DNA of 64,000 nucleotides, taken from Octopus vulgaris (taxonomy: Eukaryota). The position numbers and the translations under genes were made by a program. Shown here in pieces: positions 1-15,812 of this stretch. The stretch is from positions 29,202,001 through 29,266,000 of the forward strand of contig OX597816.1 of assembly GCA_951406725.2 (NCBI GenBank). The letters are read 5' to 3'. Position 1 is the stretch's first letter. Every line of letters starts with the position of its first letter. Under the pieces are notes generated by a model. It was given only the letters and a program-made list of their open reading frames with translations, was not told where the DNA came from and made no database searches.

Positions 1-880
1 TGACTCTACATAGGACTATGAATTCTTTTCAGAGTTTTCCCTCTATTGCTTTTCATGGGGCATTAATATTCAGATTGTGATTAGTCATACATCTTAAATT
101 GTATTTAGGTTTTGTTTGTGTAGATTTGATGATTCTGTAGCTGGAGTAACGATTCGTGGTCCTAATCACACAAAATGCTAGATCGATCCTCAAACGTGTT
201 CACAAAGATGACATTTAGATTTATTCCTGAAGTGAAGATGTGTGAAATAAACAGTTAAACGATTTCAATTACATGCGTGAATATATTTAAAATGTGAGAA
301 TTGTTATAGCACGTAATTTGTTTATTCTAGACTAGTCTATTGGCAATTACTCACTTAACACTCTGTGAGGAATACACTTACGATGTTGTTGTACAGCAAT
401 TTAAGATAATCTCTGAGAAACGATGCTTCAGATATATTTCAGGTGATAATGATTACATTAGGACTTACAAGTGTCTGTTATATGCATGTCCGTGTGCGTT
501 TGTGTTTGGGGTGCACGTAAGAGTGTATGAGATGCACTTATGAGTTATTCCCTACTTGAATATATTTATTTCTGCCTCTGTATGAATCCATATGAGCACG
601 AACCTCTGTGTGCGTGTGTATGTGTGCATGCGTGCATTTATATCTGGTGAGAATGTGTATATGCGCGTCACTTGTGTATGAGAACGAATGCTTTATGCAC
701 TAGTGTCTGCATATATATTGGCATATATGTGGAGCGATGTGATGATGTGTTGTGCTTGGCACAACGTGGTGGTAAGTGGATCGTTGGTGGGGTGGGGAAT
801 GAGATTCGCTGCTGGAGTGAGATTCGGTATTGTTAGGGGGAGATAGAGATTAGCGTGTGTGTGAGCATGTTTGCACAAAA

Positions 881-1272
881 TCTTTATATATAAAAGTAAG
901 GTTGTGTGCTGTCTGTCTCCTACGATTTAGATTCCTAACTACTCCCACATTTTGCGGTGCAGTTTAACCAAAACCGGGTATCTTATAGTCGTGATTCATA
1001 TCGAGCCCTTCTGGGTATTAGCGCGCGTCTACGATGAGTCTACGATTTTAAAAAAATTACCATCAATTTTTCCCATTTTTAATGCATTTTTGGCATATAT
1101 AAGGGAAGTAACTCTCTAAAAATTATTATTAAATCTCAGAACGTAAAAAGCTACAGTAACACCCCCCCTTGTGGTTAGCCATATTGAGATGGCTATTATA
1201 CTTTATATCTCTAAAAATGCTTATATAGTTATTTCCCTTACAAACCTGAGCAACGCCGGGCGATACTGCTAG
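881..1272 (+). mobile_element. Non-autonomous Helitron-like element, copy 1
   Basis: 5' A|TC at 880/881 and 3' CTAG|T at 1269-1273. GC-rich hairpin (cctgagcaacgccggg) just upstream of CTAG, no TSD. First ~190 bp are nearly identical to 63472-63865. Confidence 0.85.
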
Positions 1273-1439
1273 TCATATATAGAAAGAATCTTAGGAGTTT
1301 ACAGATAATGCTTAAGGCTGAAAATTCAGTCAGAGGTCTGTACAGGATCGACTGTTAGGTATCTTGCTATTGCTTATGGGGAAGTCAGTATTAAGGTGGT
1401 ATATCTGGTTTCTCGGTAGCTAATGGCTTGTAGTTCACC

Positions 1440-1780
1440 GAGTATAGCAACAGCGGCAAGGCGGTTGATGATTCCCTGTAATGAATAATGCATACAGATC
1501 GGTGGCGAAAATACAGAGTTTCTCGGTAGCAGAGTTGGCAGTGGCGGACATTGTGTGAATAAGATAGAGCCTGTTGATGATGATCCATTCGATAATGGTA
1601 GGATTTATACTAGAGACCAAGAAATTTCCAGACAAAGCGAGAAAAGGATGCGGAGTTTTATCTATCTCTGCATCTAAGGAAATGCATACACCTTCTTTTG
1701 AAATCATTGGCCGTCATTATCAAGTGGCTAGCATAAGATGACACCTTGTGGGTAAATTATAGACTAAAATATATGCATAA
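1440..1780 (-). pseudogene. Decayed PLE GIY-YIG endonuclease fragment
   Basis: Minus-strand frames join to TANDFKRR...NSASFSRFVWKF...IEWIIINR/ALSYSHNVRHCQLCYRETL, paralleling GLSKLIWRL...LEWSILSVALPFDRGRRKCNLCVSEL in the 28.3 and 35.4 kb ORFs. Frameshifted. Confidence 0.65.
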
Positions 1781-2125
1781 CTATCTGTGATTATGTTTCT
1801 TTAAATATTGGGCTTAGGATCGGAAATAAGCTCTTTTTATTGCTTTAATCCCGAATCCCGAAATTGGACCCAATAATAATTTACTGTGAAGTTTTATTCT
1901 GTACATTTCATTTGCTCACTTACAACCCTTGTTTTTGTAGGAGTTTACAGTGGCATTTAGCGTATTTTTAGCGTCTTCTTATATCGTGTTAGAGCAGGTT
2001 ATTTTATGATCCATTTATTATAATTATATATTTGATATATATATAATTATTCGTTTTAGTATATAATTTATCTCATGTTGGCCACGTCATATTATCATTA
2101 ACATGATTTTATCCTGATTTCTATG

Positions 2126-2172
<47 letters not shown>

Positions 2173-3073
2173 CATGCACTAACGTATATATGTATATATA
2201 TATATGCACTAACACACACACGCATATATACATATATTTAATACATACATACATATATATGTGCTTACATACTTTTCGTGTTGATCGGGATTTACTTTTC
2301 ACATGACCGAATATCGCAGTGACTACAAAATATTTCAAAGAATAATAGTGTATAACATTAGGAAGCCTCATTTAAATACAGCGGTCTCATGCTGAAGAAT
2401 TACATTTCTTGTAGGAATTTCAACGAAAGAAATTTTTTTAAATATTTTGCTCGAAGAAATCTGATAAAATGTTTAATCCATGAAATGTATTAAAAGTACA
2501 TGGAAGCTGTCGGGCATATGAAAAATACTAGAAATGCGTGTGTGTATCTGGTTGTGCGTTCACACACTCTATATACACTCTATATAAAACCACTATACAC
2601 CGAGAGGTATCAACTAGGAACTGCTACATTTTGCCATCATCAGCTGATCTCATTCATGCAAATCTAATTTGCAAGTCCTAATCTCATTCAAGCAAATCTA
2701 ATTTTCAAGTCAGAATCAGCTTCGACATATTGACACATAGTAATAAAACTATTTTGAACAAGAGGCAATTCTTTCTTCAAGTCGAAATGAAGAAACCCTT
2801 TTCTCCTTATTAAAATACTTATCAATATCTTAATTGAGGTATTCTTAAATTTAACCACACTTACATAAAGTCACCGAAATAGCATGCATACCATCAGGAT
2901 TGAACTCTGGCGCACAATAAAATTTGTCCACTCATGGATTATAAAATATGGATGGCAACAATTGGAAGTTGATTCAACAGTTAGCTTTGTAATGGAAAAC
3001 ATTATTAACGAAACTGTGAATAGGTGATATTTTTAAACATTTCCTACTTAAGTACGTCCTATACACGTACACA

Positions 3074-3074
<1 letters not shown>

Positions 3075-3149
<75 letters not shown>

Positions 3150-3441
3150 CACAAACACACACAAGCACACACAAACACACACAGGTTCGCAAACAACACA
3201 TACACGAACACACACATATATAAAGAGACAGGAAGAGAGAGAGAGAGAGACAGCATGAGAGAGGGATAGCTACAGACATTTATATATATGTATGTATACA
3301 TATACATGCAATATGCCTGTTTGGATATGCAAGAGTGTGTGTAAATATTTGTATACATACATATATTCATATATATATATATTTATATATATGTGTGTAT
3401 GTGTGTATATATATATCTATATCTATCTATACACACACTCA

Positions 3442-3528
<87 letters not shown>
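3075..3528. repeat. (CA)n/(TA)n microsatellite cluster
   Basis: Simple repeats read directly. Confidence 0.95.
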
Positions 3529-3534
<6 letters not shown>

Positions 3535-4143
3535 TATTGAATTTCTAAATGTCTCAACGAGAATGAGCGGTGCTTGAGCGATAAAGTGATTGTATAAAGT
3601 CAACATAACGTTGACAGTCCCGTAGAGAGAATTGTACCACGGTTATATAGCCCTAGGAAGCATCAACGCTTCCTGTCGGCTTTGACACATTTCCTGTGTT
3701 CTTATATTTGCAAAGGGGAGGCAAGCACCCCCACCAGCTAGACCTAGTAGCCTGGAGACATGAATGTGTCTGTGTCTTGCCCGTCGTCAGTCTGGGTCTT
3801 GCCCGCTCATGTCCCGTTGAGGCATTTAGAAATTCATTATTTCTAATTACGGTGACCAGTGAATAAATTTCACTGTAAATAGATATATTCGCAAGGGCTT
3901 GGTAAGTATCACCGCTAGCGAAGACACGCTACTCTGGACTGACGACAGGCAAGACCCAGAAACATGCTTGTCTCCAGGTTGCTAGTTCTAGCTGGTGGGG
4001 GTGCTTGCCTCCCCTTTGCAAATATAAGGACACAGGAAATGTGTCAAAGCCGACAGGAAGCGTCGATGCTTCCTAGGGCTATATAGCCGTGCTGTAATTC
4101 CCTCTACGGGAGTGTCACGTTATGTTGGCTCTATACAACCACT
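3529..4143. mobile_element. Palindromic non-coding PLE-type insert with ~205-bp inverted arms
   Basis: Arm 3585-3792 is the reverse complement of 3937-4143 with scattered mismatches. The left arm has a ~55-bp extra tail. Flanked by (TA)n and contains an HHR motif. Confidence 0.8.
3934..3977 (+). ncRNA. Type I hammerhead ribozyme motif
   Basis: ctgga-CTGACGA-caggcaagaccca-GAAA-ca(tgct)tg-TC-tccag. Stem I CTGGA/TCCAG, both core boxes, GUC triplet; stem II weak. A decayed copy lies on the minus strand at ~3751-3795. Confidence 0.75.
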
Positions 4144-4158
4144 ATATATATATATACA

Positions 4159-5313
4159 CGAGGGGCGTTCAATAAGTAATGCCCCTGACCCACTTCCCAT
4201 AGCAGTAGAGCAACGACACTTGGCACAGTTATTAGTCTTTTCCTACATAGGAACTACCCAGAGTTATGCATTTCTCCCATCGTTTGATACTGCTCTGGAG
4301 ACCGTTTTTGTAGAAGACCCCAGCTTGGTCCTCCAACCACGACGTGACTTCAGAAATCAAGGCTGCATCATCTGGGAAACGCTTTCTTTTCAAAATCAAC
4401 TTCATGGCTAGGAAGAGGTGAAAATCAGAGGGTACAAGGGGAGGAGTTCATAGCTGCACGCCTGTGCTTCTGATCTGGTGACACGCGAGTTGTGGACCGG
4501 AGCGTTGTCCTGCAGGAGGAGGATGCCTTTGCTGATCTTGCCCCGCCTCTTGATTTTGATAGCTTCTCTTAATTTCCTCAAAAGTGAAGCATAATAGGCA
4601 CCTGTAATTGTGGTACCCTTTGCCAGGAAATCTGTCATCACTACTCCGTCCTGGGCCCGGAAGACTGTGAGCATGACCTTGTCATTGGAGGGCTGCACCC
4701 TTGCCTTCTTTGGAGGAGGTGAGTCACGGTGCTTTCACTGCATTGACTGGGCTTTGGTCTATGGATCATAGTGATGGACCCAGGTTTTATCCTGTGTGAT
4801 CAGTCTTTTGAAAAATTTTGACTCATCTTCTTGGCACATCTCCAAATTCATCCTCGAGCACTCAACGCGTTCTTGCTTCTGGAAAGGTGTAAGCAACCTG
4901 GAAATCCATCTGGCAGACACCTTTTGCATGGCAGCCTCAACTTGACGGACAGACGTCTCATCAACGGCAGAAGGGGGCGACCAGATCTGTGAGCTGTTTC
5001 CACAGAGTTCCGACTATGTTTGAATTCACAATGCCAGCGTTTTACAAGGTCATATGATGGGGCATCATCACCATAAGTTACTTTCATTTAATCAAAAGTC
5101 TCCCGTGGTGTGCGTCCTTTCAAATACAAAAACCAGATCACTGCTCGACACTCAACAGGCTCCATTTCACACTTGACTCAGTTCAAACACCTATAAATCA
5201 AAAACCACAATTAGTTCAGAGCTGTAATTCGCCACTTAATCTATAGACGTATAAATAAGTGCACATGCAAAATTGCAAGTGGGTCAGGGGCATTACTTAT
5301 TGAACGCCCCTCG
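4159..5313 (-). mobile_element. mariner transposon (irritans/Himar-like), defective
   Basis: 37-bp TIRs cgaggggcgttcaataagtaatgcccctgacccactt, TA at right flank. Minus ORFs KVMLTVF...GTTITGAYY...LLLQDNAPVH and the HTH region YGDDAPSYDLVKRW. Frameshifts and deletions. Confidence 0.93.
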
Positions 5314-5384
5314 TATATAACGGCTCTCCATGCTTGTTTGTTTTCCTTGTATGTCACCACTGTCCTGCTTTTCTTCAAATTCTT

Positions 5385-5520
5385 TTTCTTTTTGTAAGCT
5401 TGGTACATATTCTATCAGCGTCTTTTGCCGAATCGCTAAGTTATGGGAACATAAACACAGCAACATCGGTTGCCAAGTAATGGTGGGGGTACAAACACAA
5501 CCACCCCACACACACGCAAA
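5385..5520 (-). mobile_element. SINE family A fragment
   Basis: Matches the 3' half of 31261-31667 (cttagcg..ttcggcaaaaga..gatagaat). Confidence 0.7.
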
Positions 5521-5530
5521 TATGCACATG

Positions 5531-7180
<1,650 letters not shown>

Positions 7181-7189
7181 ATATACAAA

Positions 7190-7256
7190 GGCGCAGGAGG
7201 GGCTGTGTTGTAAGTAGCTTCTTCACCAACCACATGGTTTCTGGGTTCAGTCGCAC
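7190..7256 (+). mobile_element. SINE family A head fragment
   Basis: ggcgcaggaggggctgtgttgtaagtagctt...accaaccacatggtttctgggttcagtc matches the head of 31261. Confidence 0.8.
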
Positions 7257-8575
7257 AGCAAAGTTCTCGGAAACATCATCTATACTGTCTTAAACTAAAT
7301 TCTACACAGTGTGGCTTCAGAAGCGTGGTTTCCATAACTGATCTATTAAAAGTCTTCTGTAGTTTCTATCAATCATAGTTCACCCTTAAAGCAGCGCTTA
7401 ATAATAGATGAGTTACAAAGGTGAAAATAATGAATTAGCTTTTATATGACTGTCTGAAAATTTCGAATCAAAGCTTTTCGTGCACGCTGTTTGTAGCTGT
7501 ATTAGTGAAATGTAAATTTCTAAGATTGAGCTACTATTTTACTATAATTTTTGAAACAAATACAAGTCATACAAGTTATTTGAATTATTATTGCTCTTTT
7601 AAATAACTGGCGTGTTCTTTCAAATATACGTAATGAATGTATTTATACAAAATTGTTTTTATTGACTGTATTTTTCTTCTGTAATTAATATCATAGCTAT
7701 ATTTAAATTATAAGTTTAAAATATCGACTTCTTATTTAAAATAAGACCAATATTGAAGGTGGTGCATTTACCTGTCCGAATTAGCTCGGGTTTTGGACGA
7801 TATAGAAACAGATCATAGTGAAATGCTGAATTTATTAATATATCAATATGGAAGCCAGCAGTTATTAAAAAAAGATCGTGTATGTTTTTATATACAAATA
7901 TTTTTACACTAACAAATATTTTATACGTAAATTTTTACAATATATTTACTTTAAATGTTTATAATAATATTCTATACATAACTGCGTTTTTCATATCTTG
8001 CAATTACGAAACATTTCTAAAGCTGATGTTAGTTTAACAAAGTCTATTAACGTTTTTTTTTTCTTTTTTACCCAATATTAAGCCAATTCGTTGTGTACTC
8101 GTTTCGTTAAAAGCCGTTTTTATTTTAAGGAGAAAATATTGATCTTTGTCACAAGTAATCACTTGACACTAGTGTATATGTTTTCTGGCTATTCTCTTTT
8201 AAATTATACATGCAATTTTTGTTGATACATCACTTTAAACTTTACTTGAAATCACTTTTATGATTTGCTACCATTTCCGGAGAACTTTTTAATGCCTTTG
8301 ATATTGACTAACATATTTTGCACTGTCATATATTTTAGTTTACACAGGGTTACCATTCATGCAGTGAATGAGAAGAACACAAGATATGTAAATATTTATT
8401 CTGAATAGTTCGTTGTACTATACTTTAATATTTCAACACTTCCAATTACTAGATCAGATAAAAAGAGTTCCCTTTCCCTATGCTCTGAATACGATATACA
8501 TTAAAGCACTTTAGACAAACGCACACTGACACACACACCAGCATACACACAAAGGCCCACACACACACAAATATA

Positions 8576-8622
<47 letters not shown>

Positions 8623-8686
8623 CATATATGTGATATATGTATATATATATATATATATATACATATTTTCATACACACACACACAC

Positions 8687-8744
<58 letters not shown>

Positions 8745-9842
8745 CAACTCAGGCTCTGGTCGAATGCTAAATACAAGAAACTAACTAGGAAGATCTAAAT
8801 TATCCAAATCGGCCATATAGATAAAGAATTTTTTATTAACGATTTTTAGACACAGGAAACGTAAAGATGATTGCATGAAGACAAGAGCCAATACAGAAGT
8901 AGAAGGATAAATAAAGTGTATATGCAGTCATTACAAATCAGGACAGCAGAATAGAATATAAAATATTCAATGCCATTCATCAACCGAAAAGATATTTACG
9001 GTGGTTTCAGAGATTTTCTCTTAAACAATGTCTGAAACCGCTTCGATGCGATGGTTCGAAGTTATCAGAGAGAACGCATTACAGAAAAAATAACTACATA
9101 AAGGAAGTTATGGTTGGAACATAAGCAAAGTAAATACGTTTTCGATTCAGAAAGATAAGAAAGTAACCATAGAGCCTCTTTGGCAAGAAACAGAACAAGT
9201 GAAAGATTTAACGTGCAGAGAGAATTTTTTTTTAACAGAAGCCTGCAATGAGCTGAGTGACCGAAACCAAATAATTTGGCAGACAAACAATGAAAGACAG
9301 AAAGTGCAGAACAAGAAATTTTTTATGGGTAAACGTGTACAAGAATATATATCGGAGCGAAAAGACAAAATGAAAAGTGAGAGAGAGAGAAATGAAAAAG
9401 AGAAAAATGTAGACGAAAAATGTGTGAAGACAAGCGAGAGAGAAAAAGGAGAGAGTGAATGAGAGAGATATAGAATATAGAGACAAGGAGAGAGAGAGAG
9501 AGAGTAATGCCGTTGCTAATACATTGTACAAGTTACATTCCTAAGGGAGAGTAAAAACAGTTGGCAAATACGATTTGAAAATGACTGCAGAAAGCGGAGT
9601 ATAAAAACAGAAACTCATTGACGCGGCGGAATTTACACAGTGGAGTGTTAACAAAAAAGAAGAAAAATTACTTTCAAGTCGGAAGCTCTTCAAAATGAGA
9701 GTAATATCTTACAATCTGAGTATAACTGGAAGAGAAGGGACATACGTAGGAATGGCCCTGCACTAATTAGTATTTGAAATTTATAATAGAAAACGTTCAA
9801 AGTGCATATTACGCATACACACATACAAAAACACTCATATAC

Positions 9843-9915
<73 letters not shown>

Positions 9916-9952
9916 CGTATCTACGTATGTGCGTACGTATGGACACACACAT

Positions 9953-9986
<34 letters not shown>

Positions 9987-10204
9987 GTGTAGTAATTTTA
10001 TATTTGCATATACACCTTTTAGTATGCCGCTTAAAGACCGTTCACTGTATTCGGCTATCTGGTGTCATGAACAGTATGTATTTAAATGACACTGGATTTA
10101 CTTCAGGTGAGGCACCTCTCTGCATGGTTATCTATTCCGTGTGTGCATGTGTGTGTGTGTGTGCGAAGCGCTTTAGCATACGTATGCGGACATGTCTGTA
10201 CATA

Positions 10205-10477
10205 TATATATATATATACACATATAAGCATAAATGCATAAACTAATATTCACCTATTAGTATTTCGAGTATATAGGTATCTGTTGACAGCCCGATGTCT
10301 CTTCCAGTTATACTCAGATTGAAAGAAATTACTCTCATTTTGAAGAGCTTCCAGCTTGAGAGTAATTTTTCTTCTTTATTGTTAACTGTGTAAATTCTGC
10401 CGCGTCAATGAGTTTGTGTTATTATACTCCGCTTGCTGCAGTCATTTTTTTATCGTATTTTTATGTTTATGCGTGTG

Positions 10478-10525
<48 letters not shown>

Positions 10526-10800
10526 TGCGTATGAATTTGTATACATAAATTAGTTGATGTGGAATTATAAATCGATCAAGAGTAAGTAGATTTCTACACA
10601 TTGAAACCAATCTGACTTCAATGGCGACCAAATGAAAGAGTTGCTTTAACAAATATAAAAGAATCGTCAACGACGCACATTTAATGCCTCAGGCAAAAGT
10701 GTAGAGACACAGATATTGGGCTGTCAACAGATACCTATATAATCGAAATACTAATAGGTGAATATGATTTTATGTGTTTATGCTTATGTGTGTATATATA
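10205..10800. repeat. Inverted repeat, ~95-bp arms with ~410-bp spacer
   Basis: atattcacctattagtatttcga..tatataggtatctgttgacagccc (~10246-10292) is the reverse complement of ~10718-10764; homology extends outward into TA-rich flanks. Confidence 0.8.
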
Positions 10801-11680
10801 AATAATTTGTTGCCTCATGAATATAGAAAAAGCTTAGCGTCAGTTTGAATGTCTGTTTGTGATCTATGATTTGTCTTTCGTTCCATCCATGCTTGTTTTA
10901 TTGTTTGATGGTTACATTTAACGTGTTCCATTATCCGCGTAATGCATAGTATTTGATTCCCTCATTTACTGTTATTCTTATATTCTTCTGTTCTTTGTAA
11001 TTCGATATATTAGTTACACAAAAAGTGTTCTTCAATTTAACTCAAGCTACCTGTATACACAGTGTACAGGTAGCAAAAGACAACGACCAACAAAATAAGT
11101 GACAAGGCTATCCAGAGGTATTGCAGTGCGATCGTTTCAAATAACTCCATTTAATTGAACAATGCAATCTTTACATCAATTTAAATGCGGAGCAATTCTC
11201 AGCTGCATAAAGACATAGAATTTAATTAGATTAAAACAGATGGACACATTAGTATAATTTTACCTAAAATATCCAAGAAGGGAAGGAAATAGACAAAGAA
11301 CATGCTGTCTTCACTTTAGTTTAGAAGCTACTGAGGTATCAGGAAGAAAGATTTGTTACAGATTTTGCTTGTCACTGTTTTATGGGGTCAGCTTTAATTT
11401 ATGGACTAGTTTATCAAATCTTTGTATATCTAAGACCAAAAGAACAAGGAGCAGTGTCTGTTAGGAAAGAAGCTTAGGGAGTACAGAAGTCATAGTGAGT
11501 ATAGTCATAAAAAAAACTATCAAGATTTATTTGAAGCAATATCATGAGATTTGGTAAAGGAAATCTTAAATCAAAATGTTAGCTGACAATTAAAATAGCC
11601 AGCCACTAGTAGACTATTCATTATGAAACAGGGGAAATTTTTATCATGGATACTGAAGTTAGATATTTTAAGCAATATTG

Positions 11681-12498
11681 CTAAGGTGTTCTACCCTACC
11701 TGATCATTTTAATACTTCTTAATACTTTGTAATTGGCTTTAGATAAACCTAAATTATTGTACCCTTATAAATTCATACTTAGCTTATATAAAACAATATG
11801 GGTATCTTCAAACTTAAAAATAATATACTTAGATTACACTTTGATTAAAATATAGTTAGCTTGTTCTTTCGCCTCAATGCTAAATCTTCTAGATAACCCT
11901 AAATTTTAACTTTATACAATATGGCTATATTGTTTAAAATAGTTTATTTATCCCTTTCTTAAACTGTTCCACACTCCTGATCTTAGTATTTATATTGCCC
12001 TTTATTTTAGTAGCCCTTCTAGTAAAGTACCCCTAAGAAACTATAATATCATGTACGAATTAACACCAATAACTTTTAAAACCTATCTTATACCTATTAA
12101 TTTAAAATTAGTATATAATTAACATGTAATATAACATCAATATTCTTTTAACTAAAACCGGGTATTAGTCTTCATTGAAATAAGCTAAATATGTAAATAA
12201 ACAACTTTTAGTTCATAACACTTAAATTATTATACATATTCTATAAATTCTCTATTATATAAGGTATATATATTTTTATATGATTTTAGTGATTAGGCTA
12301 CTTTTATTCATTTTCTAAGGTGTTCTACCCTGCCTGATCATTTTATTATTTTATAATAGCCTTTAATAAATCTAATTTCTGTACCCCTATAAATTCATAC
12401 TTAGATTATATAAAACAATACCGGTATCTCCACAACGTAAAATAAACTGATTAGATTATAATTTATTTAGAGTATAGTTAACATGTCCCTTAGCCTCC
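11681..12498. repeat. Diverged ~190-bp direct repeats 634 bp apart
   Basis: ctaaggtgttctaccct.cctgatcatttta...ataaattcatacttag.ttatataaaacaata begins at both 11681 and 12315. Confidence 0.75.
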
Positions 12499-12869
12499 TG
12501 GTCAGGGTAACGTATTTTATTCTTGGGTAAAACACTTCAATTTACTTTACTCCAGTTTACCCACCTGGTGAAAATGAATAATCCTTTAACAAAACGGTTT
12601 CATTAGTCTATATGATTCGGAAAGGATCTTTATTAAACTTTTGTTTTAAAAAAATATATATACTTATGACTGTATGTATGTAGTGTTCCAGAGACTCAAA
12701 TGGAAAGGGTAGTTACTGCTAAAGTACTTTTGAACTTAGATGGCTCAATGAAGCAACTACGAAGGAACAGCAGCTACAACAATGTAAAATACAATGTAAT
12801 TTCACTTGGTCGTGTTTACAATTATAAGAAATAGGAACGGCGTATACACACTTTCTTCTTTAGTATATT

Positions 12870-13085
12870 CATTGGTTTCAAATTTTGGTACAAGCTCTGC
12901 AGTCTGTGGGGAGGTTATAAGTCGATTACATCGACACCACTGCTCAACTGGTATTTTATAGACTCCGAAAGGAGGTGAGGCAAAGTCGAACTCGGCCAAA
13001 GTTGAACTTAGAACGTCTAAACGGCCGAAAAGCGACTAAGCATTTTCCACGGTATTCTAATGATTCCACCAGCTTGCTACCTTAC
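12870..13085 (-). mobile_element. SINE family B, diverged
   Basis: Reverse complement resembles 26087-26321 (gagttcgactttgcctca.cctttcggagtc..gtcgatgtaatcgactt). Confidence 0.75.
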
Positions 13086-14846
13086 TTTAGCATATTTATT
13101 ATCAACAATATTTTCACGTAAATAATAATTTTCATTTTAGGCAAAATGTTACATACTTTGGCTTCCATACTTATCTGATACTAACTTATAATGGGTTAAA
13201 TAATAAACATGAACTTAAATTATCTATTAACCACATCAAGATAGATTTCGTTTTCTACTATCGCTCACAATCCATTCGACTCTTGCTATATTCCTGTTAA
13301 TACATTTATCAAGTTCAAACTTTTTCTGAGAAACTCAAGAAATAATATCAATATCTTCATTTGACATTATTTCCCTCAAGTATATCTAAGAAATCTTTAA
13401 AAGGTTACGTTATCTTTCCAGGAGAAAACAAATGCTATCTTATCGATTAAATTTAATGACTGGGGAAGAACTCCAAGACGAAAAGGTAAAATGTTAAGTG
13501 GTTTACGCATGAAGAATCTCATATTTACACCAGTCTATATGCTTAATCATTCAAGTAATTAAATTCCCAAATGTTTATTTTTGATACTAATCGACATTAG
13601 GGCAACTTACCAAAATGTGAAGTTATATCGAGATTAAGATGTTAACGTTATATTACAAGTGTGCGGTAGTTATGAACAATGCTGAGAGCATAACACAGGC
13701 TTTACAAGCTTTCACTTCATTTACTTTAGCTATATCTTATGATTTAAATTGCTGGCAAAATGTCAGAAACTAAACTTACACTTAGGTATAATTCTATTGC
13801 CTATCATTCATATAACATTTATAGAAACATTAGATGAATTATATAGTTTAGAATATACATAGCAACAAAAGTATGTTATTTCATAAACACAAAACAGATT
13901 AAATCAAACTTTTGCTCGACACTATAGCTCATTGGATTAATAAGAAAGATGGATTGAATTAAAATGTGACCTAGAGCCAATTATATATCAAGAGATAGCA
14001 GACATTAAACGATTTCAGTGTTGCGTTAATAAGGTCTCTTTATTTCTTATACAGTAACATTGAACACTTTCACACGAACTCACCCAAACGTACGTACATA
14101 CTCACATGCTTTCACTTTCACTACACTTACGTGTGTCAGTGCATAGTGTCTTGTGCCTCAACTGCTGGGGCATCTCTATAATCAAAGATATTTCAGTCAT
14201 GTTTTATATCTACAGTAACATTTTTGATGGAATACCTCCTGTTTTGTTGACAATAAATTTTGATCTGACTGACATTGGGTCGTTGAACTTAGGAGACGAA
14301 AACAACGAGAATAGGTTTCAGCTATTACAATTAATCCGTTCACTCTCATTTTATTTTAAATCATTCAGTTAAAAACATGAAAGCTTGTAGAAATATAATT
14401 TTGAAATAAAGCTATTTCATGAATTATACATAGACTAGGTTTCTTAATATTTACAACCCCATTTTTCAAACTATCGATCGTATCTCGAAGCGCTGCACAA
14501 GTGAGTCACTAAGAAAACTCTGTATAATATTTAAATATATTCAATAATTCTACTTTTTTTCTTTTTGCCACGTCAGATCACTGAAGAGTAATTGACGACA
14601 CCTTTGAAGTGTTGTAATTCCCACATAGAATAACAACAGGAAACACACAGCTGGTTTCCCGTTGCTATCCCAAAAGTATTTTTAGAGAAGACTAAATATT
14701 ATAATTTACATAGAGAAACGTCAGTCTCACGAGCCTAAGTGCGTAAAGAACCGGAAGAAATATTGCTAAGCACTTCGAAAAACGGTCTAAATTTTTTGTC
14801 TATCCATGACAAAACTTTCTTTCTTCTTCCACATGCACATACCTTT

Positions 14847-15166
14847 TCTTCTTCTTCTTCTTCTTCTTCTTCTTCTTCTTCTTCTTCTTCTTCTTCTTCT
14901 TCTTCTTCTTTTTCTTCTTCTTCTTCTTCTTCTTCTTCTTCCTCTTCTGCATCTTTTTCTTCTTCTTCTTCTTCTTCTTCTTCTTCTTCTCCTTCCTCTT
15001 CTGCATCTTTTTCTTCTTCTTCTTCTTCTTCTTCATCGTCTTCTTCTTCTTCTTCTTCTTCTTCTTCTTCTTCTTCTTCTTCTTCTTCTTCTTCACCGTT
15101 TTCTTCTTCATCTTCATCTTCTTCTTCTTCTTCTTCTTCTTCTTCTTCTTCTTTTTCTTCTTCTTC
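14847..15166. repeat. (TTC)n microsatellite
   Basis: Read directly; produces the poly-S, poly-K and poly-L ORFs. Confidence 0.97.
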
Positions 15167-15782
15167 ACTTCTCTCATTCGCAATTTATATTTGTTTTTAC
15201 ATTTCCCTTCCTCCATCTCCACCTACATCATAGCCTTCAACACCTTATTCAACAAGCAGTGGAAAATGTTAGTTGTAATTTGAATGAATATTATACCTGC
15301 CTATATAAAGTTAACGATCCATGAACAGAGTATGTGTGGGTCTATGTATGTATGTATGTATGTATGTATGTATGTATGTATGTATGTATGTATGTATGTA
15401 CGCAATTAAGTACTACTGATAAATCATACACTCAATATAAAACGAAAGCATGGAGATTTTTATTAAAAAATAATCAAATTTTGACGTCATTGTAATTACC
15501 TTTTTTATGTGTATTAAATCCCAAACTTACGTGTGTCCTAAGAAAGCTACATGCTGCAGCTTTTTGCCCGAAAACTATCTCTTTTAAGACGTATAGTATC
15601 ATAAAACACAACAGATTTCAGACCTTGGAGAAACGAAATCGATTCCGAAACCACTAAGTGAGGAATTGTGTGACACTAGCATGTCGGATCAGCCGTGAAA
15701 TTACGTATCCCTCGATGTTGCATCTGAAGTATCTTCTGTTCTTTATACTATACGCCAATAAAGGATTGCTTCACGGAGGAAA

Positions 15783-15812
15783 ATGGCGACATCTCGCGTT
15801 TCTCCAGCACAT
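15783..15812 (+). CDS. Possible short first coding exon of an unidentified host gene (MATSRVSPAH)
   Basis: aaaATGG start context, ten codons, then GTAAGT in phase 0, within a non-repetitive relatively CpG-rich stretch. No downstream exon or homology recognised. Confidence 0.2.

Noticed and set aside
2390-2430. CTGAAGA...GAAA candidate HHR
   Set aside because: No convincing stem I or stem III; expected by chance in AT-rich DNA.
14739-15324. Poly-Ser, poly-Lys and poly-Leu ORFs
   Set aside because: Translations of (TTC)n.
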